Origin: Oculina patagonica
Taxonomy: Eukaryota
Length of the DNA stretch: 64,000 nucleotides
NCBI RefSeq assembly: GCF_052425735.1
Contig: NC_135767.1
Location: 14,260,001 to 14,324,000 of the forward strand
Direction: 5' to 3'
In this document: in pieces, positions 13,056 to 24,386 of the stretch
Layout of the letters: each line of letters opens with the position of its first letter
How positions within the stretch are numbered: position 1 is the first letter of the stretch
Position numbers and translations under genes: made by a program
The notes under the pieces: generated by a model
What the model was told of the DNA's origin: nothing
The model's database searches: none
The model's input: the letters and a program-made list of their open reading frames with translations, nothing else

Positions 13056-13644
13056 CCCTTTTAGGGCCAAATTTCTCCAAAAACAGGGTTTTTTTTACCG
13101 TTAAACTGAATTTTTGGTGCTACGATCCTGAATTTTCCTTAACTTTGCTTAAAAAGCACTTTTCCACAATGCAGCAAGATTTTGATGAAGATTCCATGGA
13201 CAAATGTACAAAATTGTACTTTTGCGCATGCGCATAAGCCAAAATTTTTGCAAAATCGTTTCCATTTTTTTCTCTTGCTCCTTTTCTTTTCGTTTTTCTC
13301 GGCTTTGTTATTTCCACTCCTTTCTACTGTATCCGTCCTTCTTTTAGACCAAAAAAGTTTTGATTAAAACATTGGTAGACCCTGAAAAGAGGACCTCGAT
13401 CTGTTACAGGTGTTTTGGCCTGTTTAAGCACCGATTTTGCACCAAAAAGTGATTGACTTTTTCTCGATCAGCTCTGTCAAGTTGCGACCGATACGCAAAA
13501 TGAATAGTTCTGTGAAAAGGTCAAATCTAGCTCTATCAGATGCATATCACCAAAATCTGCTGACTATCAAATTGATGACGTCACAAGTAGTTCATTGACT
13601 GCTCCTCCAAATGTCGACAAAAGTCGACTTTGGCAGTGAAAGGG
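13056..13644. mobile_element. piggyBac-type MITE nested in the hAT element
   Basis: TTAA|CCCTTT ... AAAGGG|TTAA; the host element sequence resumes on both sides. Confidence 0.7.
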
Positions 13645-14163
13645 TTAAAGCAATGTTTTTTATTTCGAGCAACTTGTTCCATTTTGAGAAATATCTAGAT
13701 CAAAGATCTCTGAATATTGTCCGAGTGTTGTCCGACGGCCATACGAACGTTTCCGAATATTAACGACGTTTGCCGAAGATATTCGTGGAACCTCCGAAGA
13801 AGTTTCGACTTTCGACTCAATCCCCATAAAAACATTACAAAATTAGTCAGCAAACATGACGTCATCGATGTCTTCACGATTTCTCCCGTATCTTTAAGAG
13901 ATCTTTGATTATTAGTATAATTTTCTGTTGCAGTGAAATCACATGAAACTGCTTTGAAATCTTACCTTCAAAGGAAAGTTAGCAATTATTTAGAGAAATT
14001 TTCTTTATGAAATGCAGCGTTTTGTATTTTGGGGCAACTTTTGCATTGGGCAACTTTTTCAATCAAAGGCGACTTTTTTGGATTTTTGGAACATCTTTCG
14101 AGCACCTTTTTCAAAAATTTCAAGCAACTTTTTGAATAATTTCGAGCAACTTCTAGAAAGCCC

Positions 14164-15912
14164 TAGCACAAGCTTAATATGCTGCCTTCAGAAAATATGA
14201 GTTCCATAAGGAACTCACCACCGTAGTAAGAAATAATAATCTAGCACGAGGTTAATATGCTGCCCTCAGATAACATGAGTTCCATTAGGGACTCAACACC
14301 CAAGTTAGACAGAATAATCGATCAAGCACGAGGTTATTATGCTGCACTCAGATAACATGAGCTCCATCAGGAACTCACAACGCAAGTAATTATATAAGAC
14401 ATAATAATCTAGCACGAGGTTAATATGTTGCCCTCAAATGTTATGAGTTACATAAAGAACTCATCACCCAAGTAAGACATAATAATCTAGCACGAGGTTA
14501 ATATGCTGCCATCAGATAACACGAGTTCCATAAGGAACTCATCACCCAAGTTGGACATAATAATCTTAATTGCACGAGGTTAATATGCTGCCATCAGATA
14601 ACACGAGTTCCATAAGGAACTCACCACCCAAGTTGGACATAATAATCTAGCACGATGAGTAATGTGCTGCTCGCAGATGATATTAGTTCTATAAGGAACT
14701 CACCGCCAAAGAAAGACTTAATAATCTTGCACGAGGTTTACATGCTGTCATCAGATAACACGAGTTCCATAAGGAACTCAGCACCGCAAGTAGGACATAA
14801 TAATCTAGCACGAGGCTAGGGGGGTTCATAATTTATGCAGAGGGGGGCTATGATTTTTTCCTGTTAGGTTTTAAGGGGGTTATAAAAAATTTCTTCCAAA
14901 ATTAAATAAGGTATAAGAGGGGTGGATTAAAAAATCCATTAACAGGGACCCACAATTTTGATCGATTATTGGAAGCATTGGAGAAGCTCATAGATGACTT
15001 GTTGGATGCCGATACTGCACGGTCAGTTATAATGCAGTGGTTTGATCAGGATAAATAAATTCTCACCTTTATCACACCCCAGTATTTTTCTCAAACCACT
15101 AACTGCTTTATAACTAAAAAATAAAAAAAAAATATATAAAAATGGCCATGATTGACTCCATTGTACAACCTAAAAGAATTTTTTGAAAGCCTTAAAAGTC
15201 TATTCGTATGATGTTTAATAGCACACTGTGTGTGTATCAACGCATTCTGTGTGCATTTTTCACGTAAAATACCGTAGTGATATTCCGGTTTTATATATTT
15301 TGGTTTTAGCTCTAATTTATTGATTTTAATTGTATCATTATATAATATATATCTAGTGTTAGGACCTCTATGTAAACCACTTTTAGTGATGGAGCTTCCT
15401 AATAAAAGATTGTTATTATTATGATCCCGGTAACTCGAACTCTGAAGGGAAACGAAAAACAGTTCGAGTTAATCAATATGACGTAATAACCTAGCAGCTA
15501 CCCTCAGATAACATGAGTTCCATAAGGAACTCACCACCCTAGTAAGAAATAATTATCTAGCTAATATGTCTAATATGCTGCCCTCAGATAACATGAGTTC
15601 CATAAGGAACTCGCCACCCAAGTAATCTGGCACGAGATTAAAATGGTTCCCTCAGATAATATGAGTATAAGGAACTCACTACCCTAGTAATCTAGCACGA
15701 GGTCGATATGCTGCCCTCAGATAACATGAGTTCAATAAGGAACTCACATCCCAAGTAAGACATAATAATCTAGCACGATGTTTATATGCTGCCTTCAGAT
15801 AACATGAGTTCCTAAGGAACTCACCACCCAATAAGAGATATTATCTTCCACGACGTTAATACACTGCACTCAGATAATATGGGTTCCATAAGGAACTCAC
15901 CGCCCAAGTAAT
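14164..15912 (+). repeat. ~78-bp tandem minisatellite, ~14 units in two blocks (14164-14815, 15492-15912)
   Basis: Unit TAGCACGAGGTTAATATGCTGCCCTCAGATAACATGAGTTCCATAAGGAACTCACCACCCAAGTAAGACATAATAATC, containing the hairpin GAGTTCC-ATAA-GGAACTC. Confidence 0.9.
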
Positions 15913-16795
15913 CCCCAAGAAGATCTCCGAAGATTGTCCGGGTGTTGTCTGAAGTCCATACGAACGTTTCCGAAGATTAACGAAGTTTGCCGAAGGTTTT
16001 CGCGGAACATCCGAAGACGTTTCGACTTACGACTCAATCTCCATTAAAACATTACAAAATTAGTTAGCAAACATGACGTCATCGATGTCTTCACGAGTTT
16101 CTAGTAAGTCAACAAATTTTTGCCTTAAAAAGTTTATTAGCAGTGAAATTTCATGAGACTGCTTGAATATCTTACCTTCAAAGGAAAATTAGCATATATT
16201 TGGAGAAATTTTCTTTATAAAAACAGCGTTTTGGGGCAGTTTTCGAGCAACTTTTTTTATTTTTGGAGCATTTTTCGAGCACCTTTTTTCAGACGTTTCA
16301 AGCGCCTTTTTGAATAATTTCGAGCAACTTGTGGAAAGCCCTAGGCACTACAGGCCAGATTGATTGCAAGAGGGCAGGAGGGCAAGATTTATTTGCCACT
16401 ATTTCAACTAGCAGAGCTAGTCTTCTTCAGGGCCAGTACTAGGCCCCTGTAACACACAGCGCACTAGTTGCATAAAATGATAGGTTGTTGCGGTTGTTGT
16501 TGTTTTGTTATATGAAAGTCTGTCTTTGGGAATCTTTGACGGCCGGGGAGCTCTGCAACGCCTCCACTTGATCACTGGCAATATATATGAGGGTCAGAGA
16601 TGAGGGTCTATAAAGTACTCCCGGGGGGGGGGGGGCACTAAGTTTAGGTGTGTAAAAGGGTAGGGAAATCTGTTATTTAGTTATTTAAAGGGGCCTTTAA
16701 TAAGAATATTTCGAACAGACGCACCTTATGGCTGTATCATTTTAATTTATTAAACGCTACATAAAAAATGAGAATAAGACTTCCTGTTTTAGGTA

Positions 16796-17124
16796 TATCG
16801 TAAAATTCCGGTTATAAGCCTTCCCCCCCGGTTATAGGCCCATCAACCTGGAAACAAAAAAATACATCCGATTATAAGACTCCCGGGTCCCGGATATAAG
16901 CCCCCCTCTGCCGAATGACAGTACTGAACATGGCTAAATGTTGCTTTATTATGCGTTTTTAACTTAAAAACGTATTTTGATAAACACTCCCGTGGCCCGT
17001 TTCGGAACGTTTTTTTATTCCGCTTATAAGTCCTCGCGGATATAAGCCCCTCCACTTATAAGCCCATACAAAACCCCTTACGAAGTTGTATAAGCCCAGG
17101 GCTTATAACCGGAATTCTACGGTA
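16796..17124. mobile_element. TA-flanked MITE nested in a CCCGGGGG...CCCCCGGG element (~16620-17277)
   Basis: TATCGTAAAATTCCGGTTATAAGCC / GGCTTATAACCGGAATTCTACGGTA, with internal TATAAGCCC repeats. Confidence 0.7.
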
Positions 17125-17489
17125 TGCCATGTTATTTAGGTATAAAGGAGTACCTTTTTCAATAAAAGGAATACAAAAGGGGTGCCTTTTCTGTCAAAAT
17201 GGTATATAAAAGGGTAAGGGGTTGGACCTCGGGGCGGAGCCTCCCCGTATCAAACCTTCCCAAGTAGCCCCCCGGGATTATGCTCTGGCGGTTTGGCGTT
17301 TTAAGCTAATTTTGAGTGTCAGTTTGCGGGTATATCCGTATTTATCTGTCGGTTTACGGTCAAGGAATTATGGCGGGTTCGGGTTCGGTCTTATAATCTT
17401 AGGAGAAAACAAAAACAATTTGCGGTCTAGGAACAAAATATGGCGGTTTGCGGACTATACGACGTACCACCTAACGACCCCCCTCCCTA

Positions 17490-17561
17490 TAACCTGCGAT
17501 CAGGCTTTCTTTTTTTCGCGACCCCTCCGCCGCGAGAAAAATAACGCCTGATCGCAGGTTA
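17490..17561. mobile_element. 72-bp mini-MITE with 9-bp TSD
   Basis: CCCTCCCTA|TAACCTGCGATCAGGC ... GCCTGATCGCAGGTTA|CCCTCCCTA. Confidence 0.85.
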
Positions 17562-18152
17562 CCCTCCCTATTCAGTACGGGTTATACAAATTGGGTTGCC
17601 TGTGACGCCCACAAACAAATCCGTCACGCCCACATCTAGCCTCGTTCCCAAAGCATGACATTGTGATATGCACAAGTAGGTGTTGACGTAACGCCATCTT
17701 TGCTCGTTCGATACAGAAGTCTGTGGCTGTAGTGTGCAGGATCAAAGGATCGACTGAATCTTGCAGGTTTGTTTCTGACATTTTTGAGTGTTAACCTTCA
17801 TTTTCTATCGGTAGTGAAGAAATGAAACTCGCGTTTAATCGCATTTGAGTACAGTACAGTCGATAATTTCATGCAAATTTGAATTGAATCGTGTCGATCG
17901 ATCGAGCTTGATTTTAATAAATCAAAATTTCGAATAGTTTTAGAATTAGCAGATTATTCTTAGCTTCCCCATTTTAATTCCTTTGATCGAATTGTGATTT
18001 GGCTGGTGTCATCCGTACCGGTACATGAAAGTCGAATACCTCATTTCAACCCTCATCTTTCGTTGATTTGCATTGAGACGTTCCAAAAATGTTCCTCACC
18101 ACCCGTGGTGGGTGGGCAGATTTTTTGCAGATTCCGACAGGGCTCAGTGTAA

Positions 18153-19021
18153 TGGCCTGTTTACATGGAGGTGAGGGACCCCGGGTAGGTGAGGTAACCC
18201 GCCCAGCCGTGGTCGAAAATTTAATAGCTCGCATTTACATGCAATCTTATCCAGCCCACCACCCCGGAGTGACCTTCTTAGGAGGTTAGCGTAAACAGAC
18301 AAAATGGCTTTGTAGATATCTTTCTCACATTTCTTTCAGTGGTTTCATAGACTCAGTTACTGAACTTCGGAGCTGAATTGGTTTCTGAGAAAATCGAAGT
18401 CTATACAATGACAATTTATAAATTTTCATAAAGAGCAAGCAAGGTCCACCTAGAAAGAAATTTGTAAGTCGCATTTTCTTTTGTAATCTTTTATATTTAC
18501 GGCGGATTTCTCTCATCTTGTGCTTTCAACTGATTAGTTGATTAGGCAAAGTAGTCGAAGCAGTTGACGAAGTCATCGTTGTTTACAGTCGAAGCGCGAG
18601 ACTCTCTCAGGTTTACGTTTGATGCTTCACTTTTACTTTTAATTCTTCAAGCATCTTTTGCACTGTCGTTCCACATTGGGTAGATGAAACTATAGGAAAA
18701 GCTTGCCAGGTTTGTAGCCATATCTGAAGCTGTAGGCAGCCATATCTTGTGTGGTTTGTATTTGGCGCACTTTTAGATTAAACATGAGTCTACCCGGGTA
18801 GGCTGGTTACCCCACCTTGAAACATTCACACAGAAAAAACGCAACCCCGGCTGGGAGGGTTACCCTACCCGACAGGCCGGGCGACCGCCTAGGCCAGTTT
18901 CCCCACCTATCATATAAAAGTGATCAAGAAAAAATGAGAGATTGTGTGGAAAGGTGGGTTACCCTATCTAGGTGGGTTACCTTACTTACCCGGGGTCCCC
19001 GACCTCCATGTAAACAGGCCC
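18153..19021. mobile_element. PIF/Harbinger-type MITE
   Basis: GGCCTGTTTACATGGAGGT...GGGACCCCGGGTA / TACCCGGGGTCCCCGACCTCCATGTAAACAGGCC; TWA flanks. Confidence 0.75.
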
Positions 19022-19844
19022 TTAGTAAAAACTGATTTTGACAGATTCCGAGTTCAATTTTAACTAGATTTCAATAGGGCTGATTTACAAAATTTGTAAA
19101 TTCCTAAGGGCCCAATATGTAGAAAATACCATGGGCTCCTGAAAATACTGACTCCGACAGGTGTGTTATACAGTTCTTTTGTCAAATTTCTCACTCTAGC
19201 AATTCCAATGAGATCTTTTTTCTTCAAATGTTTCTTCTGAATCCCCCATTTATTGGAAAAATTAGAGATTCTGACGGGGTCCATTGGACCATACCAAAAT
19301 ATGCCCTCTGTAAGGAGGTAGGGGGTGCAGTTAAAAAATGGAATGGCCCATTGTAGAACATGCATAGGGCAAGAAGGGGCATTTTATTTGGTTAGTTCAG
19401 CTGTACATGTAAAGCTCGAATAAATGCTCATCAAGTTTTTGCAAGTTAACATTTCCAAAGTCCTTGGACAAATAACCGGGCTAACCGACCGGACTGTTAA
19501 ATACAGTTAATCAGTTAGCCAGTTTTAAAACAAGTTAGAAAATTGGATTTTTGTAAGACCATTATCAATGGTAAATTATCCACTTCATTCCATTTTAGCT
19601 TAGCGACAATTAAAAAAAAGCAAAGTTACATGTATGCATATTAGAAAGAATATGCACTGCAATACCGGGCACAGTTTTGTTGGAAAGAGGGGCTACACTG
19701 TCACCCCCCCCCCCTCCAGTCATAGCACGCTGCAGCAGCCACCCACCCTTAGTAAAGGATAAATCCATCAGGTTGGAGTTCATCTCAGTTTCTGTAGCTA
19801 GCATGAAGCAACTTGGAGTATTTTTACTCCTCTCTGGATAATAT

Positions 19845-20580
19845 GGTAGGCGCAGTGGCTTAATGGTTAGTGTGCTGGACTTAAGGTCAAGTGGTCTGGG
19901 TTCGAGCCCTGGCCAGGGTCATTGTGTTGTGTTCTTGGGCAGGATGCTTTACTCTCATAGTGCCTCTCTCTACCCAGGTGTGCAAATGGCTACTGGCAAA
20001 CTAATGCTGGGGGACAACCCCAGGGGGGTACTCCGGCCTGTAAATGATGGGGATGATCGAATGGAGGCAAAACTCAGGACCCCCAAAAATCCCTTAGTCT
20101 TCCGACATTACCCAAAAAAATCCCTGGACCAAAAATAACCCCCCAAAAAATCCCTTGTCAAATTACCCCTAAATTGCCAGGAAGGGCTGGGGGCAATAAT
20201 ATAACACAAAGAAAATCATAAAAAATTGAACGCTGTTGTGTGTTTATTCATCATACCATAAATACGCCAAGGCCCCGTCAAGGCACTTTAGTTCGTTTTT
20301 AATACTCCCAAAAAATCCCCTATTTTAATCAAGTCACCCAAAAAAATACTTGCCAAATTCTCCAACCCAAAAAAATCCCCGAATCGAAAATTTCAAACCC
20401 AAAAAAATCCTTCGATCATCCCCGTCACTTACAAGCCAGAGTACCCCCCTGGGGGGACAACTCTGCGATGGACTAGCATCCCATCCAGGTGGGAGTAAAA
20501 ATATTTCTAGTCGCTTCATGCTATGGAAAACGGGATAAGCTCTGGCCTGTATGGGCCACTAGGCTCGACGCAGACTTAAC
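19845..20580 (+). mobile_element. tRNA-derived SINE with CORE(MIR)-like central domain
   Basis: A box GTGGCTTAATGG, B box GGTTCGAGCCC, CORE-like TTCTTGGGCAGGATGCTTTACTCTCATAGTGCCTC...AAATGG; 11-bp TSD CTGGATAA(T/G)AT. Confidence 0.8.
20019..20453. mobile_element. MITE inserted in the SINE
   Basis: ~43-bp imperfect TIR starting CCCAGGGGGGTACTC; perfect 8-bp TSD GGGACAAC (20011-20018, 20454-20461). Confidence 0.85.
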
Positions 20581-21250
20581 CTGGATAAGATGCTAGTCCA
20601 TTGCAGTGTAACATTTGCCAGTACCGATTAAAACACCTGGGTGAAGAGAAGCACTGTGAGAGTCATGTATCTTGCCGGAAGAACACAATGCAGTGCTTTG
20701 AACACAGATCACTCAATCCGGAGTTCAGCATGCTCACCATTAGGGCACCATACCTTCCACTCACCCACACACAGGCTGTTATTAGGCAATACACATGTAA
20801 TTAACCGTGTGCAGCCGGTTCATAAATTGGCGGCATGAGATGGGAGATGTAGTGTTTAAATTTTAATTACATACATAGTTTTTAATTACCGGTAGTAGAT
20901 AGTTTTTTTTCTTGGAATATTATTTTTATGACTGGGATTTTGGGCACTTGATTAAGGGCCAATAACCTCTAACATTTCCATTTATGACTCTTTTATGTTT
21001 AACATGTTGTGTTATGCATAAGGTTTTGAACTGCAATCCCTTAGAGTATCTAAAATCATTAGACATACATGCTTACCCCTAATGCCCTTGTTTTTTACAA
21101 GCAAAAGCCAACTCAGCTGTCCCTCATACTACTTGCTCAAGGATAACTTGGGCTTAATTTATCATTGTTAACACTACATTTCTGATTCTAATATCGCTAC
21201 ATAAATACATAATATGTACATATTTATCCCATCCACAGATACGAGTAAAG

Positions 21251-24200
21251 ATGGGTGGAAATCAATCTAACCTACCTCCTCGACCTCTGGGTTTTGAATA
21301 TATGTGTATAGCCATTCGTCAAACAGATAAGATGCGTGTCATTCTTGGTACAGATCGTGAGATAAGCATTATCCGCCAAGTTGTTGAAGAATCATGGCCT
21401 AAAGGTATACAAGAAGAAACTTTCAAAATGAACGGTGTTCATCAGTTCAAGTTGAAAGGGAATCCATTCTCAACTGTTGCATCATCAAGTGAAGCAGTAG
21501 ACTCCAGGAAGATGGCAGCAAATGTACTACACAGGCTCTACCGAGATGGATGGAGACTTCTAATGGCTGGTGACTATACGCAAACGACAGACCTTGCTAC
21601 CTGGATCTTTAAGAAAGACCCAGTTGCTGTATGCCCATCCCTTCCATTTCTCATTGTGGGCCTTAGCAGCTGGGATACTTTAATGGTACTAAATGCACCG
21701 ATGGAGCTTCACCAGATGTTCAAAGATGTTGTAGAGAAGTCCTGGCCAAAAGGAATACAAAAATGGTCTTATGAGGGTGATGTTTTGAAGATCAAATTGA
21801 AAGGCTATGCCTGGCATGCTGATGGAGAGGAAACAGTCCATGCAAGAGTGATTCTCCATACTCTTGTGAACGAGCTTCTCGTCCGACAGTGGAAGTTATA
21901 TGGAAATTCTAACCTTAAAAGTTCTGCAAACACCCTGTTTTTCGAGCATGATCCAAACATTGCGCCTGGGCCGCAGCCTATTCCAGCACACTTCACAATT
22001 AGCTTTAACAGCGAAGACTTGCTGAGGCTGATTGGCAATCCAGAGGGCTTGGTGTCTGCTGTACGAAATGTACTCCAAACTTTTTGGTCCAGAGGCATCC
22101 AAAAAGAAGAACGCTATGCCGAGAGCTGGCAGTTTAAACTACGTGGAACTCCATGGTGGGCATCAGGTGAAGAGGCGGTGGACTCGAGATTTCTAGTCCT
22201 AAAGCTGATAGAAGCCATGCAAGCATATGGGTGGAGTGTTGCTGCTGCTATTGACTGCTCAAGAAAAGACCAAGATAAAAGCAGCCTGCTCTTCAGACAG
22301 TCCCAGCCAAGACAATCTCCATTTTTTTGCATAAGCTTGAATGAGACTGACAAACTGCGACTGATAAATGCACCAGACGATGTCACAAAGGTAAGTGTTT
22401 AATATAAATAAAGCAATGCTCAATGGCTTCCATCTAAATGTTATACTTCAAAGCTGTGCTCTTAGAATAATTGCAGGATACCTGAAGGCCCTGTCCAGCT
22501 TTTAAAAGCTTTCATGAAAGCAAAGTTATACAAGTCGCCCAAAGGCAAAAGTAAGTCACCTGTGGCACCCAGGTTCTGCTAGAGTTCACAGCTCTGCACT
22601 CACGCTCTGGGCATTGTTTCTTCAACCCTTTTTTTTCGGTGTTTGGAAATATGACAAAACACTTCCTCTTGTTGACTGACTCAAGAATTTATTCTAGCAC
22701 TAGGGATAGTTATCACTGCAGCTGCCCCCACTGTTAATTTATATTTTTTTCAGTGCATCCATTACTACAGTCAATTCTTTTGCTCAATATTTTGGCTTTT
22801 CTATTTGCTCAATTGGTTGAAAATCAGTTTTCTGTTTGGCACATTTCAGCTCCTTTCAGCTTATATTAATTCTTGTGATGAGCTGACAGAATATTACATG
22901 GTTTCTGGCCCTCTCTTCTTCAAGATGGGATGAGGTTGGGAAATTTAATCAAACTTTCAGGATGAACTGCTAACCCAAGTGAATATTAAACAAAACAAAG
23001 CATTACAAAGTAAAATATTTTCAAAGATTAATGATCAAGTGAATTTAATTACTAGAACGCAACTGCAATGTCTCGACATCTTTTGCTGTAACGAGTGATC
23101 TCAGTGAGGATCACACTTAGCCCGAGACTAGCACTTTTAAGCCCAACTGTTTGCAAGATATTTGGGCTGGGAACCCAAGCCAGCATACTGACTTCACAGC
23201 TGAGTCAAAAATAATGCCGAAAGATTTTCTCACCTCTGCCAATGCAAAAATCTGTCGTGAGTTTTAAGAATCTCGAGAACTCTTTTAAATTCTCTTACAA
23301 GTGTAAGTTACAGATTTAATTTTATCTAACTCAAGTGTGGCATGTTGTCTGGCAAATCTCTGCCAGTGGTGGACTGATTGTCAATGAGTCTTTTATCTGG
23401 TCAAGTAATGTGTCGGGCAAATGGCATAATCTTGCTTATTGTTAATCACAGACAAAGGTTCTTGGACAAATAAGCACTGTAGTCTGTACCATAGTCAGTC
23501 TACTATGTCTGGAGTAAACTGGTTGTTTACAGCTCACACACACGTGTTACGCACTTGAGTTGTCATCATTATCACCCAATCAGATTACGGATAGTCCAGG
23601 CTCCTCGATCTTACTTGTCTTCACTAATCAATTGTCTGGCAAAAATTTTATCACATCTACCGATACTCCATGCACCCACTCCGGATACCCTGTGCGTGCC
23701 CACTTCTAATCAATCAAATCGAGATTTTTTCTGTATACTAAGGAAATACCTTTACCTGTACTCTATACCTATAGAGGGTAGGGGGGGGGGACTATATAAG
23801 GACGGCTGAAACCCTGCAGGGGCTTTTAAATTTTGCTTTCCTTTCTTATGTCTTTCAGCTTTGCCAAGAAGTTATTCAATCTCAGTATCTCCTTGGGGTT
23901 CAAAGGACACAGCTTTACGGCACCAGTCTTGAGTTCAAACTTATTGGCAACCCATGGAGCTGTGGAATCGATGGTCATGACGGAATCCATGGCAGAAATT
24001 TGATATGCCATTTATTTGCTGCTCTGGCAAGCCGCCACTGGAGACCGGTCATATCAGCAGACGTGTCAGCCAAATACATTCACCAAGACAAAGGCGAAGA
24101 TTACCCATTAGATGTGGATAGTATATTCTTCACATATGACCCCACAGCAGTGCAAGCATCAGCACCCGCTCCGTACCCCCAGCCACCGTCTTATGGCTTC

Positions 24201-24386
24201 CTTCCACAGGGTGGACCCGCACCACCATTTGGCGCTCCCCCACCGGCTGGTGCTCCTTTCCCATATGGTGCTCCCCCACCAGTGGGTGGGCCTCCCCCGC
24301 CTTTTGGTGCTCCCCCACCAGTTGGTGCCCCTCCCCCTCCATTTGCTCCCCCAGCCTATCAGTATGGAGCATATCCACCTCCTTAG
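21251..24386 (+). CDS. Uncharacterised 555-aa protein, copy A: N-myristoylation motif, four ~110-aa repeats, Pro/Gly-rich PPxY tail
   Basis: Coding exons 21251-22390 and 23859-24386 (phase 0, GT-AG); likely 5' UTR exon ends at 17766 with acceptor at 21238. Repeat motif D.hRh..(W..GIQ)..FKL.G.PW...R.h...L...GW.h; starts MGGNQS. Confidence 0.9.

Larger units (their letters stand above)
12985..16343. mobile_element. Composite non-autonomous hAT-like element
   Basis: Perfect 23-bp TIR TAGGGCTTTCCACAAGTTGCTCG; 8-bp TSD GGTACTAC/GGCACTAC; an internal second right end at ~14143-14165; ~13700-14165 is duplicated at ~15915-16343. Confidence 0.8.
19765..20758 (-). mobile_element. Older antisense copy of a tRNA/CORE-like SINE, split by a younger insertion
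   Basis: 19765-19844 and 20581-20758 join into the reverse complement of the SINE at 19845-20580. Confidence 0.75.

Noticed and set aside
14164-15912. CRISPR-like array (regular repeats with a hairpin)
   Set aside because: The whole 78-bp unit repeats, there are no unique spacers or cas genes, and the context is eukaryotic.
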